Source of the DNA: Paraspadella gotoi
Taxonomy: Eukaryota > Animalia > Chaetognatha
NCBI GenBank assembly: GCA_051294375.1
Contig: CM119265.1
Coordinates: 6,705,489-6,769,488, forward strand
Direction: 5' to 3'
Length of the DNA stretch: 64,000 bases
Both the position numbers and the translations under genes were made by a program. Shown piece after piece: positions 35,022 through 46,800 of the stretch. Each line of letters starts with the position of its first letter. The stretch's first letter is position 1. A model generated the notes under the pieces. It was not told where the DNA came from. It saw only the letters and a list, made by a program, of their open reading frames with translations, and ran no database searches.

Positions 35022-38000
35022 AGCAACATATAATTAAAAGAGAGAGAGAAGCTGAACAGCCCTGTTACTCGTCCAATTAAAAAACAGTACCTATGGCGCC
35101 GAAGGTAGCGCGAGCTCGTCTTAACCCAAAGGATTCGGTGTCGCGCCCTGCTGATTCATACTAGAAAAGCGAAAGAAAGTTTTAAAAAAGGGAGAAACGG
35201 AAGGTGAACTGCTCGCGGCATCGTCTTCTACATTGGTGAGGCCATAATATATATATATTTTTTTTTTTAAGAGAGAGAAAGAGAGAGAGAGAGAAAGAAG
35301 CTGGACAGACGCTGCAGAGCCGGAACTCGTTTTTAGACAAATCAGAAGAAGCAGTGACAGAGAAAAAAGAGAGAGAGAGCGACATATAATTAAAACATTT
35401 TTGTTTTGTAAATAAAACATAAACAAATATGAATATTGATATGTAACATGATAATTTCAAAGATCTTGATGATTAGAAGCCATATCTAAATTTTTAACTC
35501 CCTATGATATCACAGTTTCAATAGTCATGATAGTAAAAAAGCGTGACGCTGACGACGACAAAGAAGCTTAGCCGAAACAAAATCTAGCCAAGACGGGCTT
35601 TAGCCCGTCTGGCGAGATAATAAGTACTTTAAACTTTTAATGTCTTATATTTTCATAGTCAAAGGTTGTTCATGGATGCATTCTGCACTGAAAAACTTGG
35701 ATTTTATGCTCAGGACTTAGGTAAGAAAAATAAACGTTGCTCTAATTCAGCGTGTTGAGCTCGAGTTAAATACAAAATTTATGTTATCAAGGATATCTTC
35801 TTTTTGGACAAACCTGTCTACTAATGATAGTGGATAATTTTTGGCTAAAGTGGTCCAGAACAGGTTAGGAGGGGAAACAAACAAAACGAAAAAAAAAGCC
35901 TGACATTTATTTGAGATATCTTTCAGCATCAAAAATGAAGTCATTTGTTGGATTGGCAAAGTCTTGCCTAAAAAATCCCTGCACGCAAAAATTAGTAAAA
36001 ACACAATTGGACCGAGTTCGTGGAGAACGGCCGGAACTAAAAGACGCGCTGAAAATTGGTAAACTATCGTCATTTTTGGTCGCTAAAAATTAAGTTAAAA
36101 TTTTTCGGTTTTTAACCAGGTCACCTGACAAGATTATCGGAAGCCGAAATTAGAGAGGCTGTGGTTTTGTCTGACAAGGCTCTTCATACAGCAGACAAAG
36201 AAGCCGAATCGTGCGTACTCGCAAACGTAACTTCTTTAGTTTTATTATTTTTTTTTATTTTTTTTTTTATAATCGCGATTTCTTAACAGGTTTATGTGTC
36301 GAAAACAGTTGGTAAAGTTGTAGTTGCATTGGTGTTTCTTGTAGTCGGCGTTCAACGGGTAATAAACAAGGATTTTGATTTCACGTTTCTATGCAACGCT
36401 TCTCATTTGAACCGGCGAGAAAGTTTTGGAGAAAATCTGTATTTTAAGGTATCTTGTATATTTCATTACAAACTGAAACTGTAAAAAAAAAACTCTATTC
36501 TAAAAAAAAAAAAAAAAAATTATCTAATATAACTTTTATTTGCGCAGCGGAGCAACTCTAAAATCCATTTTTGTGTGTCTGTTTGTTAGTCTTTCCCATT
36601 TTTATTTAAAATATTTATAATTTAAGTAATATTATTTCATTTTAATTAATATTTGGTAAAAAGTTTATTATTATCATTATTAAATGAATATGTTTATACT
36701 TGTATACAATGTGAAAATTTTTAAAAAAGTGGTTAAATAATAATAAATATTTGTTTTACATATTTTATGCTTATATTGTAAAATAAGTAATAGGACGTAT
36801 AAAAATACATTTACATAATCAGAAAGTTAATGTAGTATAGTTCGATCGATTAAATCCATTTAGTTAATATATAATAAATAAATCATGATGCGATAATCCG
36901 TTGTTTTTTAATATTAGAGAAAGCAAAGTGTTTTGGAAATTGTTACAACAATTTTTATTTAAGATACGGACATGTTTCGGCTTGTTGAATGCTGATGAAG
37001 GCTTGAAATCAACAAGCCGAAACATGTCCGTATCTTAAATAAAAATCGTTGTAACAATTTCTAAAACACTTTGCTTTCTCTAATAAATAAATCGTAGTCA
37101 TTAATATTAATATTATTACTAGTATTATTTAATATATGTGGTGCAATACATTGAAATTACCGTTTCATGTTTCATTTCAGATCGCGAAATACGAGCATTT
37201 CATTTGCTCCAATAAACTAGGACCAATTTATGAATATTTAATGATTCTTTTTAACATACTGCTCGTAACTTACATATGTTCCTCAATTGCAGCAATAGGA
37301 AAATTCTATTTTATAAGAAAGCCTATTCATAAGGTAAGAATAAAATTACTGTATTCGCTGGAAAAGTACAGAAGAATTTAAATAAGACAACAGGTGGACT
37401 CACGTTTTTTGTTTGATTTACAAATTGGACTAGGTACTTCATGATTATGATCAAACCATAGAAGAAGAAGAATTAGAGAAGAAACTAAAGACGGAGAAAA
37501 CTAAGGATATCATTTTTCTTCTATTTTTTCTTTACACTAAAGATAGGAAATGTTTTGAGGTATGTGTTATTCTAAGACACTAGAACATGATTGAAATCTT
37601 AATGAATTACGACGCAAATCATGTTTTCAGAACTTCAAAGAATTTCTCTCGCCTTTTTTCCACGACGATTTGATTCGATTGGCCTCTCACAAAGAATGGG
37701 ATGGAGCGACCATCGAAAGGCGAAAGATTCCCATCGGTGACGGTTTTTTTGAAATCTCCCTCGCCGATCTCGACCTTAAAGAATTGCCTCCTTGCCTCTT
37801 TAAAGTCGAGAAGTTAAAAGTGAGTTATTTTTTCTAGTATGAAATTGGTACAACCAATATAAAAATTATCCATGACTTTGGACAGGCTTTGGTGGTTTAG
37901 GTATGTAACTTTATTGTAAGCTTAAATTAAGAAAGCGGCGTTCGGAGTGAACAGACAGATATATAGATAACAAGAAAGGTTCGAATCAAAGATGTATAGT

Positions 38001-41000
38001 TGATTTTTTATTAGGTAAAAACAATATCGTATCAGCCTAACAGTGGCGGGTAGAGAAAAAGTGGACCAATCCTCTTTTTTTTTTTTTGTGGGCCCAATTG
38101 ATGAGTCAAGCTCTTCCCAACCCCTTAACTCAGCAAGAGTAGGGTTTGGGTACATTAATGTCATATTATGTTTAGATTTTAAGATTTCCTACTGATACAA
38201 AAATATTTGACAAAATTAAAAGCTATTTTTTTGCTTATATTTTTTATGAAATTGGTACAACCAATATAAAAATTATCCATTCATTTAATAAATAAGCTAT
38301 CTTGCCCCTGACTTTGGACAGGCTTTGGTGGTTTAAGGCCTCCATCACTCTTACTTATATAATTTTATATTAACCCCATGAGCTTTTTCAGCCCCCTCAC
38401 CCTCGACTTTATGGAGGGTGCCCAGTACCCACAGTCCAGTGCCTACCCCTCTACTATGTAAAGTCTAAACGCCCCTACAGCCCACGATATTTAAGCCGTA
38501 AGCAGTTAATCAGATGATAAGTTTTTATTTTTTTTTAATTATTTTTTTTAGTCGGATCTGCTTATCAGCAGATCCCGACTCTATAATTCACTTTGTCGGT
38601 CCGTCGGTCCGCCCCCTCAATATTTTTGGGCACTAACTTATATCATGTCAGAACATCGAATTATGATAAATTATGCAAAAAAAAGGATGTCCGTCCGTCC
38701 GTCTGTCCGTCCCACCTTAGCAAAAAACACCAATTACTCGTGATTGGATGGATGGATTGGAATGAAATTTTGTGTGTGGGTAGGGAAGTGTGTGATTAAG
38801 CTGTATATGAAGTTTCGATGGAATCGTCCGAGTGGAAATGAGTTTAAATGGAAAAAATAAAAAAATAAATTTCACTATTTGAATACCAGTTACTCAAGAG
38901 TGGATGGGGCGATTGACTTGAAATTTTGTATTTGCGTAGGAAAGTGTGTGATTAAGCTGGAAATCAAGTTTCGATGGAATCGTTTTAGTGGAAATGAGTT
39001 TAAATGGAAAAAACAAAAAACCTGTTTCACTAATTGATTATGCTTCTTTTTCCTTTTATATTAAATGTAAATGAAGGATGTATTAATAAATCAAATAATT
39101 AATCAGTTAATTAATCAATTAGTCAATTAATTAATCAATAATTAATTAATCAATCAATCCGTCCATCCGTCCCATCTTAGCAAATAGCTCCAATAACTCG
39201 TAATTGGCTGGTTGGATTGGAATGAAATTTTTTTGTGTGGGGAGGACAGTGTGAGATGAAGCTGGATATAAAGTTTCGATGGAATCGTGCAAGTGGAAAT
39301 GAGTTTAAATGGAAAAAACATAAGTTGCATTTACTAAATTCACATTTTCTTGAATCTTTTTTATTTATGATTACTAATAAATGTTTTAATTAATTAATTA
39401 ATTAATTTGAAAAAATGATACAATTTAAAAAAATTATGCAAGTTGAAAAAATTATGCAAGTTGAAAAAATTATGCAAGTTGAAAAAATGATGCAAGTTGA
39501 AAAAACGATGTAAATTGAAAAAATTATGAGTTGAAAAAAATGTGCGTGGAAAAAATGATGCGAGTTGAAAAAATGATGCGAATTGTAAAAATGATGTAAA
39601 TTGAAAAAATGATGAGTTGAAAAATTATGTGTGTGAAAAAAATTATACGAGTTCAAAAAATGATATGAGTTAAAAAAATGATGCGAGTTAAAAAAAATCT
39701 TAAAAAATATTGTGATTTATCATCTGATTAGCAGATTACCGCTTAATTATTGTAGGCAGATCCGATATTGTTTGCTCAAACTTGTTTTTGATACAGCTGA
39801 TATTATTTGTTACTTTTTTGGAGGTTATGATGTTTATTGTTATAATTATAATTATAATGTTTATAATTAATGTCGTTTTTATCGTGGTAGTTTAGGTGCT
39901 TAAATTGGCTGTGGTCATTTTATCGGTTGTATTGGTTGTTATGGTTAATATGGTGGTTGTAGTTGTTGTAATAATTATTGTTGTTGTAATAGTTGTAGTG
40001 GTTTGTATTGATTGATTTATTACGGGTATTCTTAATTTAATTTAATTAATCTTAGTTGTTGTAAAGTGGTTTTAATTGTTTTGGTTGCTATGGTTGCTAT
40101 GGTAATTATTAATTGTAAAAATTTTTTTTTGTTTTTTCTGTTCAAACTATTTTCACTCACACGATTCCACCTAAACATCAATCTTACACCTTTTACTTCC
40201 ATTAAAAATTTTTATTTAATTTAATTAATTGGATTTTAAGTCTAAGGGGATGATGAACGGATAACCTTTTCTATATATATAATTATTTATAATTTCATAT
40301 TTTGAAATGTGATCTACTGACCAACCAAGTGAATACTAGACTCGGAATCTGCGATAAGCACATCTAACTAAAAATTAAATCAACCAGGTTTTCTACTTTG
40401 TTGAGAAATTCCAGTTATCTACTTAATTTTATTTATTAAAAAAATTTTGAAAAATTTTATCTAGGAACTTGATTTGTCATACAACGAGGATCTTGAAAAT
40501 CTTAGCGGCATAGAAGCTCTTTCAGAATTGACATCGCTCAATATCGACGGTTGTGGGGTAAGTTCTGGCCCTATTTTTCAAAAGCACCCCATTTATGATC
40601 CTTAATTCTTAATATTAACCTGATTATTTAACCCTAATCTCTTACCAATTTCTTGACACTAATTCCTAATCTTAATCCTAAGGGAATCACTAATCTAATT
40701 CCTCTGCTTAATACTTAACCTAATCTATAACCCTAATCCTTATCCTGTAAATATTTTTCATTTTATGTACTAATTGTTGTCATTTTAGATAACTAATCTC
40801 GACGATATAACCGATCTTGGAAACCTGACAAGATTATATGCCGCTGACAACCCTCTTAAAGAAATTCCCGAAAATATCAACTCAAAATTTAAACTTCTCA
40901 AAGTGCTGGACATTCATGACTGCAAAAGTCTAAAAGATTTACCAAAAGGTACATACAGTTTTTAAATATAGGTACTTTTAAAATTAGGATTATAATAATT

Positions 41001-41139
41001 AAATTTTTTTTTTACAGTTGTAAATTTGATGGGGAACTTAGTAGAATTACGGGTGGATAAGAAGTTGTTGACAAAGCTGGACCCGGAGAAACAGTTTTGG
41101 CAGGAAGAATCCCTAGAATATATTTTTGTAAGGAAGTAA
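31896..41139 (+). CDS. LRRC8/VRAC-like channel subunit, paralog 2, 13 exons
   Basis: Exons about 31896-31995, 32090-32297, 35659-35720, 35792-35863, 35927-36058, 36120-36226, 36290-36448, 37181-37333, 37434-37559, 37631-37819, 40465-40557, 40789-40948 and 41018-41139. Motifs: AVRPWFD, VRCVP, FMDAFC, VDNFWLKWSRT, KDIIFLLFFL, KEWDGATI, then LRRs. Confidence 0.88.
32349..35620 (-). mobile_element. Helentron-type element (family H2) filling intron 2 of LRRC8 paralog 2, with nested insertions
   Basis: Subterminal inverted repeats ATCTCGCCAGACG (about 32369) and CGTCTGGCGAGAT (about 35606); hairpin GACGGGC-TTTA-GCCCGTC; 23-bp satellite at 32410-32520. Confidence 0.65.
33672..34487 (-). mobile_element. 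Solo LTR (816 bp) of an LTR retrotransposon
   Basis: TGTTGCG...CGTAACA termini, 5-bp TSD AATGG on both sides, four ~60-bp U3 tandem repeats (34230-34470). CCAAT boxes, TATAAAA (about 33960) and AATAAA signals lie on the minus strand. Confidence 0.9.
36912..37085 (+). mobile_element. Penelope-type pseudo-LTR remnant: ~77-bp inverted repeat containing a minimal hammerhead ribozyme (36989-37031)
   Basis: CTGATGA-AGGCTT-GAAATCAAC-AAGCC-GAAAC-ATGTC with a palindromic ACATGT stem III; near-perfect inverted arms 36912-36988 and 37009-37085. Confidence 0.8.
37839..37902 (-). mobile_element. Family 3 element, 5'-truncated near the predicted twister cleavage site
   Basis: Minus strand begins TAA-AC-C-AC-CAAAG-CCTG-TCCA-AAGT-CA and joins the family tail TGGATAATTTTTATATTGGTTGTACCAATTTCATA. 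Confidence 0.65.
38247..38358 (-). ncRNA. Permuted twister-like ribozyme (38297-38358), family 3, intact core, with 3' tail
   Basis: TAAGA-GT-GA-TGG-AG-GC-CT-TAA-AC-C-AC-CAAAG-CCTG-T-CCA-AA-GT-CAGG-GG-CAAGATAG. P1 AG/CT, P2 AC/GT, T1 CCA/TGG and T2 AC/GT are all Watson-Crick. The 5' P5 strand seen in the 1583 copy is absent. Confidence 0.75.
38548..39786 (+). mobile_element. Helentron-associated non-autonomous element (DINE-1/pearl-like), family H1
   Basis: TT-AGTCGGATCTGC with local inverted repeat GCAGATCCCGACT, (GTCC/GTCT)n microsatellite, central tandem repeats, ~20-bp satellite, 3' GCAGATCCGA plus GTTTGCTCAAAC hairpin, then TT. Confidence 0.8.
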
Positions 41140-41329
41140 AACTTTCATATATTCATTATTCAATGCAACATATTTTTGTCCAAAGCATATCATACATTTA
41201 CTTATTATGACTTATTATGAAAATACAGCTTATGATTCTAAAAATTATTAAGTTATCAAATTTCAATGAGACAGAGTTTACTGTGAGTCATGATAATGAA
41301 AGGTCCTACTGACTTTTACTTTTAACATT

Positions 41330-41495
41330 TTGAATAGAATAGTTGTTATGAGCAAGTGATCCCGAGCAGTCAGTAAGATTTGTATCAGTCTATAAGACCA
41401 CGTTGGAGGCGGGTCAAGTGCCCCGTCCCTCTGCAAGGCGGCGATACTACAGAGCTTTGGGATGGGAGGCGAATGACTTGCCTCCTAGAAGCTGA
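41330..41495 (-). mobile_element. Diverged SINE-like family 1 copy
   Basis: Retains GGAGGCAAGTCATTCGCCTCCCA and GAGGGACGGGGCACTTGACCCGCC on the minus strand. Further fragments at about 42228-42270 and 45020-45170. Confidence 0.65.
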
Positions 41496-43847
41496 CATCG
41501 TTCTTCGAGATCGAAGAAGATTTTTTAAATGGAGGTTTTTGTTAAAATCTGATTACCAAACAATATAAACGCTCCTGAGAAAAATTCCGATAAAAAATAG
41601 ATATAAAAACACTAGATTCCGATCCTGTTGCATCTGAAGGGCTCGCATTTTTTTCTTTGGTCAAATAACCATCATTTTGACATCAAACTATCGGATTCAA
41701 ATGGACTGGTCTGCCTGAAGAAAATATTTTTGACGCAATTTTTATATATAAAATAAAGGGATTTCTCAACTTCAATACAATGTAAACGCATTTAACATAT
41801 GTTATGATTTTACAATAAACTTCGAATTCAGGAATCCGATAGCCATATGTCTGAAGGGCTCTTAAAATTTTTCTTTACATTTTATTTGGTTATTTTAATA
41901 TGATATGATTATGGTAAAGTGAATTAGTCCATTTTGGTGAAATTTTTATTTAAAGTAAAAGTAAAAGAAGAGCTAATGATCGGAATTCTAAGAGTTTTCA
42001 ACTGGGAGTCAGATTTGGGAAAAAACTTTTATGGCAAAAATCTTCCAAAGAGGGGGTGGATTTTCTGAAGATTTTGGTTAATATTTTTTATATTTTTTTT
42101 ATATGTATAGATTTTTTTAAAACTTAACAATAGTAATATTGCCATAATTTTACATTGGCCGGTAAAAGAATATATAAAAAAAAACCTCTGGCTTTTCTCA
42201 TCAGAGCTTAGTCTTATGCTTCCTTCACCATTGACCGCTGAGAACGGTTGGTAGATTTTAAGCCAACAGTGTCATAATAACATGGTCGATGAAATCAGAT
42301 ATACCTTCATATCTAGATTGAAATCAGAAAAGCAAATAGAATCGAACTGGCTAATTGTATCTACAATATGGCATTCATTTAAATGAAGAGAGAAAAAAAA
42401 TTGTATTAGTTAAGAAAACAAATCCTAAAATTATGTGCTTCCTAATAAGGTTAAGTTTTGTAACGAGCGAGCAAAATAATTTTTTTGCGAGCAATAAAAT
42501 TTTTACAGAATTCGGTCTGCGATTTTTTTTTTTTTTACGTTATAATGATCACTGATCAGGCCCTGTACTATGAAATCGGTACAACCAATATAAAATTATT
42601 CATTCAATAAATAAACTACCCGGTCCCTGACTTTGGATTGAGGACTACTCAAATATATTTTTATTATACATATCAATTTAAAATTAAATTTGAAATCGTG
42701 ATAGCCAAAATTTGCAAATCGACGTGGTTTCGGTTTTGGAGATTCTACCGTATTCTGATTCTCTCAATTAATTTTTAAAAACAATCATTTGATAAGGATA
42801 TTATCATCACGATGAATTTAAAATTAATCAGTTTTAAAATATTTTAGACTTATTAATATTATTATTAATCATTGCTTCATTTTAAGGATATCTTAAGTAT
42901 CTTACAACCCTTAAATCAGTTACAGTTAATCAGTTACAAATTAAGACATAGTGAAGATCTTTTGTTCGTATTTTCCCTTCGACTTCGAGTGCCGTCGAAT
43001 TTAAAGAAAGAAAATAAACAAAATGGTGGAGCTGAGGTGTAGATTTCGTGTTTCGTTTACCGTTGCCAGCAGGAACATCGCGTTCTTTTGACTAATATTA
43101 ATATTTTTTTACGTTGAAACGTTGGAACTTTAAAATAATGAAAAATGACGACATCAAACAGCGGGAATGTAAAGAAAATTCGAAGAAAAGCGAATAATTA
43201 GGAGCAGGAGTCTACCTCCACGTCAGCAACGATTAGAACTCATTTGCAGCCGGTTGATGAAAAATATATATAAAAGGTTAAAAAAATACATAAAAATGTC
43301 GTATTATGCGCTAATTCTTTTAAAACATTTCTTGTCAAAATTTCTCGACTCACAATATTTTGCTTTTACAATTACTCGTCACTCTCGTTCACCAGAACAT
43401 ATACGTAGCATTGTTGTCCTCTTTTCAGAAAAAAAAAATGATCTGCGTTTACGTTTACTTCTCTTAAATTTAGACATAAAACGTTTAACGAGCATGTTAC
43501 GAACTACCGACTGGTTCTCCGGTATTTTTTCTTTCATCCATTGTATTTTTTTGTTTTCATTCGCATTGATTCAATGAAGTTGTTGGCATTTCAGGAAAAA
43601 AAATTAATTTAAAAGTTTTTGTACACTAATTCGAAGTTTACAATATATTTTTTGGAAATGATGCATGATGGATAATATATTTTCTTTTTTTTTCAGCGAA
43701 AATGATGATCACGAATATGATTAGTATTTTACACTCATCATATTATATGTCTTAACATGAAACTAGTTAGATTTAGTTGGAAAAAAAAAATTAACAATGC
43801 TCCAATGCCAAAGAAAAAATATATTTAATTGCGCTGCGACATGAAAA

Positions 43848-46800
43848 ATGATTTTCATAACCATTTTCCTCCTGGGTAATATGGTACCAATTACTTACAC
43901 AGGTAAGTTTTTTAAACCAGGATTTTTTTGTTTCTCTGAATGTTAACATCTTGTCGATCCGCACAGGAGCTACAGCAGCGAGATCTATCGCAGTTGCTGT
44001 CGGGGATTCGCCTGTTTTTAAGTGTCCCCTTTTTGACGCTATTGCCTGGATGAAAGGAACTGACATTTTATATGTTAAAGAGAAATATGTCTCGAAGCAG
44101 CCAATCAAGCACAAATACGGCTTAATCGTCGTTAACACTGGCTCAAGTGATTCCTCTGAGGTATTACTTAAAACTTGATTCTGTACTATAAAAAAGTTAA
44201 CAATTTTTTTATTGCCACTTATTAGGATTTGGGAAAAAAACATTACAATCAGTATCATCTGAACATAAAGCGCACTGATTTGTCCGATGCTGATATATAT
44301 CAATGTCAGAGTTCTGAGGTTTGATTTTTTTAATTTATAAGTCACTTGGAGATTAAGCATATGCCTAAATAATTTTTTTGTGATTTAGGGAAAAAAAGTT
44401 AGTACAGTTCTAAATGTCATCGAACGCCCAAAATGTAACCCGGAACGTTTGCCCTCTCCTTTAAAGGTGGGACTTATTCTTAGATGTTTTCTTCAATCCG
44501 ATATTTAAGCAGTAATAAAGAATATACATGATCGATCCAACAGGAAGGAGACAAATTATTTTTTTCTTGCTCTGTCCGATCGTCCGGTCCGAAATCGCCT
44601 GTGCTTTACTGGACAAAAGGACCCTTCTCCGATTTGGGACTGCTCAAGATGCCCGGTAATATTTGTTGTATTGCTAGTATCACCTCTGTAGTGTCTAGAT
44701 TTAAAAAGATTTTTATTGCTCCCACAAATAAGGTAGGAATAAAATTTATAACTTGGTCTCACCCGAAAATGGAAGATTGATAAGTTTTGCTTTTATTTCT
44801 CCGGTCTTTCCATCTCCGTACAATTAAATACTTATTCTAAATAAAATTGGAATTAAGGACATAAACCAAAGGCTATTTAATTACATAATTAAGGTAGCCT
44901 TTGATCTGTGTTCCCTAAGAATTAGGCAGGACTACTAAAAGTAGGGGCCTTAAACATGATTGGGCTCCCTGTTTATAATTTATGTCTATTACCCAAATAC
45001 TTTACGTGCAAAATTGTTTGTTGGCTTTTAAAACCACTATCAACAGACGGCCGGAGGCAAGTCATGAGCCTCCCAACCCAAAGGTCCGTGGTTCGAGCAC
45101 GGTGGCCGCCTAACAGTCAAGGGGGTAAAGATAGGTCATGGATTTCTAATTTTTGAACCGTTTAGTCATTAATTCCTCAAAATTGGTTACGGATTCAAGA
45201 ATCAAAAATCCCAAGAGTTACACTCTAGTCAGAATGCTTAAAAGTTATTTGTTTTTTTTATTTCTTCATATTTTGGGGTAATAATTAAGCCATAGGTTCT
45301 ATGAATACAATCACTATGATTTGTTGTTAATACATAAAAGTGAATAATTATTTTGAAGAATTACGAAAATAATTTGTTACTGAACTCATAAGTCTTAATA
45401 ATTAATAAGTCTTAATAATAAATAAGTCTTAATAATTTGTTAATGAACTCATAAGTCTCATTTCAAAAGTTGTTCATATATTTTTTCATGCTTTTGATAT
45501 TTGTCTCTTTATTTCAAATGTGTATTTGTGGATAAGGCGCTAAGTGGGCTGAAGATGACAATCCGCAACTTCTATAACCCCTCTAGCAGCCATGGAACGG
45601 GTCTTGGGCTTGGAACCAGGCTTGAGGGTTTTCCATGCCCCCAAGGCGGCTTACGGTCGTCCTCACGATTCCCGCAGGGTAGGTACCGGGTTGGGATTGA
45701 ACCCGGTACCTAGTGGTCGATCATGCAAATAATTTTTTTGTTCGTGAGTGCTCCACTCTAATATATACGGTAGGGCAGAGAGGATGTGAAATAAAAAAAG
45801 TGCTATCTCTGAAACCTATAAAACCTTAAAATATACCCATGAGACACTTAATGTGGTAGGTCAGAAAAATTCGATCAAGACAGGATTTTTTTTAAATGCT
45901 AATTTAATTTTTTTTTAATTTTTTATAAAAAATTTGAAGTAGTTTGGTGAATATGCTTATAATTTAATTGTCTATATATCTATCATTATCTATAAAGCAT
46001 AAGCTTAAATTTGAGACCTCCCCCAACTTTCTATTACTTTTCGTTATTGAATTATAAATAAGATTATAAGTTTTTTTAAAAAAAAGATTAAAAAATTAGT
46101 ACTTTTGAACAGTTTTTTTTCAATTAATAATTATTTTAAAATAAAAATTTAAAAAATTGAAATTATATTTAAAAAAATATTAATATAGTATATTGTAGTC
46201 GGGCATTGCCTAGGTTCACCTCGCCTATAAGCATGACACTTTAAGTTGTGACCCGGTGGCTCATTGAGTAAAGCTCATGACCACTAGGTACCGGGTTCAA
46301 TTCCTACCCGGTACCTACCCAGCGGGAAGCATTATGTTTGTTAATATTTTTAAACATTTGTCTATTAATAATATCTATCAAATATTGAGTGAGCTATTAT
46401 AATAAAAAATTTTTTTATAAAAAATAAAAAATAAAATTATTCTTAAAAGCTGGATATGAGTTGAATTAAAGCACTCGCCGACGTCTCGTGAATCAGTTAT
46501 TCAAATGTACTGAGAAAGTCATTATTGATAACATTATTGCTTTCTTTGATTTCGCTATGAAGGGATTTGGGTAATTTCTTTTTAACTTTTTATTACTAGA
46601 AAATTTTTGATAAGTTGTATCTTATCAAAGATTTGATAAATTTATACTAATGTTTCATGTATGACGAAAGAAACGATTATTAGATATTGTTACATAATGT
46701 TGCATGTTTCCAATTGGCTCAATTCCCTCCAAAAGTATGTCAGGATTGCATGTTTGTTGAAAGTGTAATGATATTGAAAACGGGTATACCCCTAAGTCCT

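Noticed and set aside
40595-40745. Degenerate CCCTAA-like repeats in an LRRC8 intron
   Set aside because: Too degenerate and short to call an interstitial telomere or fusion site.
44935-44975. GGGGCCTTAAAC resembling the family 3 twister P1/UAA segment
   Set aside because: No GA-T1' segment and no P4 loop partner; insufficient evidence.
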